Below, piece after piece: positions 52,301-61,300 of a stretch of DNA of 64,000 nucleotides (position 1 is the stretch's first letter; every line of letters begins with the position of its first letter). Origin of the DNA: Nemertoderma westbladi (taxonomy: Eukaryota > Animalia > Xenacoelomorpha); assembly GCA_032718475.1 (NCBI GenBank), contig JAUCBJ010005935.1:1-64000 (forward strand), read 5' to 3'. The translations under genes were made by a program, and so were the position numbers. Under the pieces are notes generated by a model. The model made no database searches. It was not told the origin of the DNA and saw only the letters and a list, made by a program, of their open reading frames with translations.

Positions 52301-55300
52301 ATTATTACTGTAGGATAAATCAGCTGGGTTTCTGGACAAATTTTGCAATACATTGGGGCAGTCTGCATGTACCATGTGTACCGGTACTGTCAGGCTGTAC
52401 TCAATCCCTGAATCGAGAATCCTGCAATCCACAATCAGTCAATACTGCAATACTGGTCAGCCGGTACCATACACTGCAGACATGCCATATCATGTAATCT
52501 AATTAAAGCAACCGGCAACCCTTGCGGTGATTATAGTTTAGGCCTAATTCAGTAATTAGCCCAGTACCGGCACCGGTAATAATAATATAATAGTTTAGAT
52601 AGTTACCGCTAATCATTCAGTTATTGGCACGGTACACCGTATTGCTGTACTGCCGTTGTAGTGCGCACCGTAGGTACCACCCTACTACCGGTACCGGCTG
52701 ACCGGTGGCAACCAGCACTTGCAGACTTGCACAGCAACAGCACTACCGGCGATACACAGGTTGGAATTTATGTAGAGTTTGCTCAACAGTACAGATATAA
52801 AATAGTTATCTAAATTATATATATTGCTATTGACAAGTATTGAAATATATACCGTTATTTGTGTTATCAGTATTTGCAACATCTGACATTGAAGAGGTGA
52901 GAGAAGATGAATACCGGCACTCAACAAAACCAACGCTTATCACAGGTCGGTATGGTTACCTCGAAACCGGCGCGACTGTCCACTCGAATACAACTTCAAA
53001 ACACAAACGCCAACAATAAACTGAAAGCGAATCGAACGTCTTCAGAAGAATCTGTCATTGGGACGAAGAAAAGGAAGCCGAAACCACGGGAATGGACCAC
53101 AGCTAAGATTGAATGCTCCCATTGTCAGAGTTCCTGGACCGAAATTGAAACACCAATTTCCGATGGGCTTGATCTCTCAAACCAAAACTTCCTCTGCGGG
53201 GTTTGCGCGGCAGTAAAGATTGAAAGTCTGGAAGCTGGCATCCCTAGGTATTATTATTATAAAGAGCGTCAGCCTGCGTTTAATAAATATATTTTAATAC
53301 AAAACAGGTCGAACGCAAAGAGGATTATAATGAAGACGAGTACTGCATTGATTATATTCCTATAAACCACCTGGCTTTGCATATTGAACGTGCGTTTGGA
53401 AATAAGTTCGTGCTACCCTTCCGTGGGTGGTAGATGTCGCGGTTATGTATTGGTGGGTGGGGGGGGGGGGGGGGGTGTGCAGATTAAAAGGGGTGAACAC
53501 GTACTGTCCCCCTTTCTTTGATTAATTGGTGGTGTGGGTTAATATCTCATAACCTGATTTTGTGACACAGTCGCACAATTTTAATTTGTATCTCATAACT
53601 GGGCCTCGTGCTGCGCGAAGGCCCCACGAACGTGTAAAGATGGAGTTTATTGTGAAATAAGATGCCTGCCAAGTTTCAGCATAAATAGATTGTAAATAAC
53701 AAAATTTGTTTCAGAGATTTTACCCTCTAGCGGTCTTCGCGGTAGACTGGGAAACTGTAGACAACTCTGCGACCCAGTAAAGATACAGCCTATATGCTGT
53801 AGTAGATGCTAGCAAGTTTCAGTACCCATGGATTGTAAATATCAAAGTTGGAGAAGATGTTCACTTTCAGACATTTCACCCCCTAGCAGCAGACTGAAGG
53901 ACTGGGGAAATGCAGACTGGTCAGTATCCTTCCAAAGAGTGAAAGACTACAGGACTGAACTGCTAGGCCTACCTTGCGCCCCACCTGTATAATATACCAC
54001 AAAAAGAAAATAAAAAGCTAGTCTGAATTGTACTGTTTGTTCTTACCAACAAACAATATAGGTCAAGAACCAATCACAGCATAGTTCCAGTCGGCTCTCC
54101 TGCTCGGTCCTATGTGTTGAGATTACTACACCTGACAGCACTAAGCAGTGATAACCAACCCAGCCTCCTGCCTGTAACCTCAAGAGATGATTGGCCTGTC
54201 AGTACCTACCTGCCTTGCTAATTCTTTACTCTCAGCTAAGGATTATTCGAATCACTTGTGATTTTGGCACACAACATGTTGCGGCGACCAAGAATTAAGC
54301 TTTCACGCAAACAAACATGTAAAATAAAACCTGGAGGTTGATTCCTTCCGATGGTTCGCTTCTGAAGGTTCGCCAACGATTGTTCGCTTCTGAATGTTCA
54401 TTTCCTATGGTTTCTCGCTTCAGATGGTTCAACTGCTTCATACTTCCTACACGTCCTACTCCTGCCCTCCCGACACGAATGACCAGCTGCCGAATTGAAT
54501 AATCATAAATACCCCCCCCCCCCCCCCCCCCCGTAAATTTTCCGATTATATAAAAAAAGGCCTTATTGCAAGTAGTATGGATTATATGTAATGTTGTTAG
54601 GGGTAATTGATCTTTTAAATGAGTTGAGATGATATTTTACATATTATGGCCGCATATTGTATGCACTTTTTGAAAAAATTTGAGTGTTACAAAAAGCGCA
54701 ACTTTTTTTCAAGAAAATAGTTTACCAAGCTATAAAATACACAATTTTGAAAGTAATAGATCATAGATCATTTTTTTAAAATCACGTTGAAGTGACGACT
54801 TGCTATCGCCAACTTAAGTAACTGTAATAACATTATCTGGAAGACTGTACACTACCAATAGAGTAGTAGCTGTCTGTATTGGAGACTTATCACTATACCA
54901 TCCTAAATTTTACTCTTTTCCATACCATTAGGCTCAGTGTTATACTCATTCTCTAAAATAATGAATTAAATATATATTTTTGACTATATGCACGTCGCAT
55001 TTTTTCGCAACAGCATAATGTCCCATGATCTACTGGTGGGAAAGGGGAAAATGACTGTTGTTCTAGAATCCTTATTAAATGAAATCCACGTTTTATTATT
55101 AAATTGTTCAACCATTTAAGTCATATATTTCCTGAGTTAGATTTTTCAGAACTGTAGTCCTATTTCAAAGTAAGTTATCAGGTACTGTATCATATTTGAG
55201 AATTTGTACTTACATTTGTGATACCTATTTAACATTTATTTAAATTAAATGTAACCGTCTCCAATTACTGTCTTTCTGTATGAATTCCAAATATTTGTAT

Positions 55301-58300
55301 TTGATAAAGTGAATTACAATACGGTTGATTGGTGACATAATACAAATAAACCGAGCCACTCCTGACACACCCATAAAAGAAGGTGCATCCACTGATATTG
55401 CACCAGTCGCACCGAGGAGGTTCAGTTAATCTTCGACATTAGCGTGGTTTATTAGTGCCATCAGAATAGTGGTGTTGCAAAGATTCCGAAACAAAATCAC
55501 CATCGAATTCGTTGAGAAATAGCTGAGGTATGAACGTTCAAATCGATTGTAGTTATACATTATAAACAAATGTTACTCTTTAAATTAAATTTTTAAACGC
55601 AGGTTCTTTGTTCAAGTTTCATTCCAAGAGTTTCCTTGCAGTACTGCGATTGTAGAAAATCAGTACCAAAACCGCAAGTCAATCAATTTGTTATACTGTT
55701 TCATCAGCACTATAATAACACATTAATAGAAGTTGGGGAGCACCACAACGCCTACGCATCTCCATTCTGCTGGGGGGGGGGGGGGGGGGGGGGGGGCTCT
55801 AAGGCAGACAAAAGTAGCCATTTTTAAACAAAAATGTTCTAGAAAACGTGTATTCATTAAATACAATAAATGGATTAAAAAATATGCAACTTTTTAAAAG
55901 TCAATATCTCGAGATATTTCTATACAAAATTCATATTTACCTCAGATTTTGAAAGGTTGCAACGTCAACATCACGAACAATCTACTTCAGGGTTGATGAT
56001 ATATTGCTATGCAATTGGTGAAATGTCGGCAGTGACACATTTTTGTTAAATTTATGGCCAACGATTTAAAAAAAACTATGGCTATTCGGTAGGCAAAAGT
56101 ATCCCGGGCTTGGGGTGGGGGGAGGGGGTCGTAAACATAAATAAAAACAGGGATATGGAGTATAAGTTTAAGTCTAAACGTGATCCTAGAGTACTGCACC
56201 GGCACATCGGAAGACATATGTTAGTGGACCCAGTCCGCTATGCGCTCCCATTATAAAGTGGTTCAGGGGCCAATTTACCAATATTGGCTGGAAGAAACAC
56301 CGGGGAGGTGAGTGAGCTAGTTAGCTATTAGCTCACTCACAGCACATGTAAAACCCAATAAACCCCGAGGAAAGAGTAGGGCGTGATGTTAAGTAACGAA
56401 TGTGTAGGGCGGATCAACTCTAAGACCACCATTATTTGGTGCGATTACCAATTCACAGTTGACAATCACCTGGCGTTGACTATACCAGGATGAACCCTGG
56501 ATAGCACGTCTAATGGCGATTTATCAGTTCAGAGGCTGCAACGTTTTGCACCTCTAGGTGACTAGCCTCTAGCTCTAGAGGTAAGTTACATAGGTTACCG
56601 GTCATTGTTCAGTTGCACATATCGACACATCCTGTAGTCATATTTAACTAACAGGAATACAAAAACTGACAAAAAAACTGACTATATTCAACCATATCCA
56701 AAAGCTAATATCCACAAGCAGCCTATCAGTCCACGGTCGGGAGTCGAGCCAACCAACTCCTGACACAAAAACAATTAGTACTGTACTTAATACTATATTA
56801 TTTATAAATATCAAACTTACATATTCAGAGCAGATACTTTGCAGCATTTTATAGGCAGCTTTGTAGTACATGGAGTTGGCGTAGGTGTAGTTATAAAAGC
56901 TGGGCATGATGTCGCTTTATATGTAGTTGGACAAGATACAGGAGTAGTTGTAGTTGTTGATTCAATGCAGTCTATTATGACATTGACTGATCCATAACTA
57001 TTGCAGTCATTGTTTGAGAATTTAAGTTGTAAATAAAAGTCTTTGGTATCCAAACAGTCAAGCTCTTTCTTCAAAATTATCATGTAATCTTTTATTTCAA
57101 AATGATTGTTCTTTGGATCAGGGTTTATGAGATAAACAGATGGGAGTTTCCCTTGAAAGACAGTTGAAATGTCCAATAATGATGTTGACAGAGATGAACT
57201 TTCTGGAATATTTAATTCAACATGGAGTGAAGGTATATCACAGCAAGGGCGGGGAAGTTTTGTTGTATATGGAGTTGGTGTAGGTGTCGTGAATGTAGCT
57301 GGGCATGATGTCGCTTTATACGTTGTTGGACAAGATACAGGTGTAGTTGTAGTTGTTGATTCAATGCAGTCTATTATGACATTGACTGATCCATAACTAT
57401 TGCAGTCATTGTTTGAGAATTTAAGTTGTAAATAAAACTCTTTGGTATCCAAACAGTCAAGCTCTTTCTTCAAAATTATCATGTAATCTTTTATTTCAAA
57501 ATGATTGTTCTTTGGATCAGGGTTTATGAGATAAACAGATGGGAGTTTCCCTTGAAAGACAGTTGAAATGTCCAATAATGATGTTGACGGAGATGAACTT
57601 TCTGGAATGTTTAATTCAGCATGGAGTGAAGGTATATCACAGCAAGGGCGGGGAAGTTTTGTTGTATATGGAGTTGGTGTAGGTGTTGTGAATGTAGCTG
57701 GACATGATGTCGCTTTATAAGTTGTTGGACAAGATACTGGAGTAGTTGTAGTTGTGGATTCAATGCAGTCTATTATTACATTGACTGATCCATAACTATT
57801 GCAATTATTATCTGAGAATTTAAGTTGTAAATAAAACTCTTTGGTATCGAAACAGTCAAGCCCTTTCTTCAAAATTATCATGTAATCTTTTATTTCAAAA
57901 TGATTGTTCTTTGGATCAGGGTTTATGAGATAAACAGATGGGAGTTTCCCTTGAAAGACAGTTGAAATGTCCAATAATGATGTTGACGGAGATGAACTTT
58001 CTGGAATATTTAATTCAGCATGGAGTGAAGGTATATCACAGCATGGGCGGGGAAGTTTTGTTGTATATGGGGTTGGTGTAGGTGTCGTGAATGTAGCTGG
58101 ACATGATGTTGCTTTATATGTTGTTGGACAAGATACAGGTATAGTTGTAGTTGTTGATTCAAAGCAGTCTATTATTACATTGACTGATCCATAACTATTG
58201 CAATTATTATCTGAGAATTTAAGTTGTAAATAAAACTCTTTGGTATCGAAACAGTCAAGCCCTTTCTTCAAAATTATCATGTAATCTTTTATTTCAAAAT

Positions 58301-61300
58301 GATTGTTCTTTGGATCAGGGTTTATGAGATAAACAGATGGGAGTTTCCCTTGAAAGACAGTTGAAATGTCCAATAATGATGTTGACGGAGATGAACTTTC
58401 TGGAATGGTTAATTCAGCATGGAGTGAAAGTATATCACAGCATGGACGGGGAAGTTTTGTTGCACAAGGTGTTGGAGTAGGTGTTGTTAAAATAGCTGGG
58501 CATGATGTTGCTTTATAGGTAGTTGGACAAGATACAGGTGTAGTAGTAGTTGTTGATTCAATGCAGTCTATTATGACATTGACTGATCCATAACTATTGC
58601 AATTATTATTTGAGAATTTAAGTTGTAAATAAAACTCTTTGGTATCAAAACAGTCAAGCTCTTTCTTCAAAATTATCATGTAATCTTTTATTTCAAAATA
58701 ATTGTTCTTTGGATCAGGGTTTATGAGATAAACAGATGGCAATTTTCCTTGAAAGACAGTTGATATGTCCAATAATGATGTTGATGGGGATGAATTTTCT
58801 GGAATAGTTAATTCAGCATGGAGTGAAGGTATATCACAGCATGGATGGGGAAGTTTTGTTGTAAATGGGGTTGGTGTAGGTGTCGTGAATGTAGCTGGGC
58901 ATGATGTTGCTTTATATGTTGTTGGACAAGATACAGGTGTTGTTGTAGTTGTTGATTCAATGCAGTCTATTATGATGTTTATTGAACCATAACTATTGCA
59001 GACCTTGTTTGAGAATTTAAGTTGTAAATAAAACTCTTTGGTATCAAAACAGTCAAGCTCTTTCTTCAAAATTATTATGTAGTCTTTTATTGCAAAATAT
59101 TTGTTTTTTGGATCAGGGTTTATGAGATAAACAGATGGCAATTTTCCTTGAAAGACAGTTGATATGTCCAATAATGATGTTGATGGGGATGAATTTTCTG
59201 GAATATTTAATTCAGCATGGAGTGAAGGTATATCACAGCATGGGCGGGGAAGTTTTGTTGTATATGGAGTTGGTGTAGGTGTCGTGAATGTAGCTGGACA
59301 TGATGTCGCTTTATACGTTGTTGGACAAGATACAGGTGTAGTTGTAGTTGTTGATTCGATACAGTCTATTATGACATTGACTGATCCATAACTATTGCAG
59401 TCATAGTTTGAGAATTTAAGTTGTAAATAAAACTCTTTAGTATCAAAACAGTCAAGCTCTTTCTTCAAAATTATTATGTAGTCTTTTATTGCGAAATAAT
59501 TGTTCTTTGGATCAGGGTTTATGAGATAAACAGATGGCAGTTTTCCTTGAAAGACAGTTGATATGTCCAGTAATGTTGTTGATGGGGATGAATTTTCTGG
59601 AATATTTAATTCAGCATGGAGTGAAGGTATATCACAGCATGGATGGGGAAGTTTTGTTGTATATGGAGTTGGTGTAGGTGTCGTGAATGTAGCTGGGCAT
59701 GATGTCGCTTTATATGTTGTTGGACAAGATACAGGAGTAGTTGTAGTTGTGGATTCAATGCAGTCTATTATGACATTGACTGATCCATAACTATTGCAGT
59801 TATTATTTGAGAATTTAAGTTGTAAATAAAACTCTTTGGTATCGAAACAGTCAAGCTCTTTCTTTAAAATTATCATGTAATCTTTTATTTCAAAATGATT
59901 GTTCTTTGGATCAGGGTTTATGAGATAAACAGATGGCAATTTTCCTTGAAAGACAGTTGATATGTCCAATAATGATGTTGATGGGGATGAATTTTCTGGA
60001 ATATTTAATTCAGCATGGAGTGAAGGTATATCACAGCAAGGGCGGGGAAGTTTTGTTGTATATGGAGTTGGTGTAGGTGTCGTGAATGTAGCTGGACATG
60101 ATGTCGCTTTATACGTTGTTGGACAAGATACAGGTGTAGTTGTAGTTGTTGATTCCATACAGTCTATTATGATATTGACTGATCCATAACTATTGCAGTC
60201 ATTGTTTGAGAATTTAAGTTGTAAATAAAACTCTTTAGTATCAAAACAGTCAAGCTCTTTCTTCAAAATTATTATGTAGTCTTTTATTGCGAAATAATTG
60301 TTCTTTGGATCAGGGTTTATGAGATAAACAGATGGCAGTTTTCCTTGAAAGACAGTTGATATGTCCAATAATGATGTTGATGGGGATGAATTTTCTGGAA
60401 TATTTAATTCAGCATGGAGTGAAGGTATATCACAGCATGGACGGGGAAGTTTTGTTGTATATGGAGTTGGTGTAGGTGTCGTGAATGTAGCTGGGCATGA
60501 TGTCGCTTTATATGTTGTTGGACAAGATACAGGTGTAGTTGTAGTTGTTGATTCAATACAGTCTATTATGACATTGACTGATCCATAACTATTGCAATTA
60601 TTATTTGAGAATTTAAGTTGTAAATAAAACTCTTTGGTATCAAAACAGTCAAGCTCTTTCTTCAAAATTATCATGTAATCTTTTATTTCAAAATAATTGT
60701 TCTTTGGATCAGGGTTTATAAGATAAACAGATGGCAGTTTTCTTTGAAAGACAGTTGATATGTCCAATAATGATGTTGATGGGGATGAATTTTCTGGAAT
60801 ATTTAATTCAGCATGGAGTGAAGGTATATCACAGCATGGATGGGGAAGTTTTGTTGCACATGGAGTTGGTGTAGGTGTCGTGAATGTCGCTGGGCATGAT
60901 GTCGCTTTATATGTTGTTGGACAAGATACAGGAGTAGTTGTAGTTGTTGATTCAATACAGTATATTATTACATTGACTGATCCATAACTATTGCAGTCAT
61001 TGTTTGAGAATTTAAGTTGTAAATAAAACTCTTTGGTATCAAAACAGTCAAGCTCTTTCTTCAGAATTATTATGTAGTCTTTTATTGCAAAATAATTGTT
61101 CTTTGGATCAGGGTTTATGAGATAAATAGATGGCAGTTTTCCTTGAAAGACAGTTGAAATGTCCAATAATGATGTTGATGGGGATGAATTTTCTGGAATA
61201 TTTAATTCAGCATGGAGTGAAGGTATATCACAGCATGGGCGGGGAAGTTTTGTTGTATAGGGGGTTGGTGTTGGTGTCGTGAATGTAGCTGGGCATGATG

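Noticed and set aside
53452-55796. Poly-G/poly-C tracts as functional G-quadruplexes
   Set aside because: Homopolymers within repeat remnants; nothing beyond composition supports a function.
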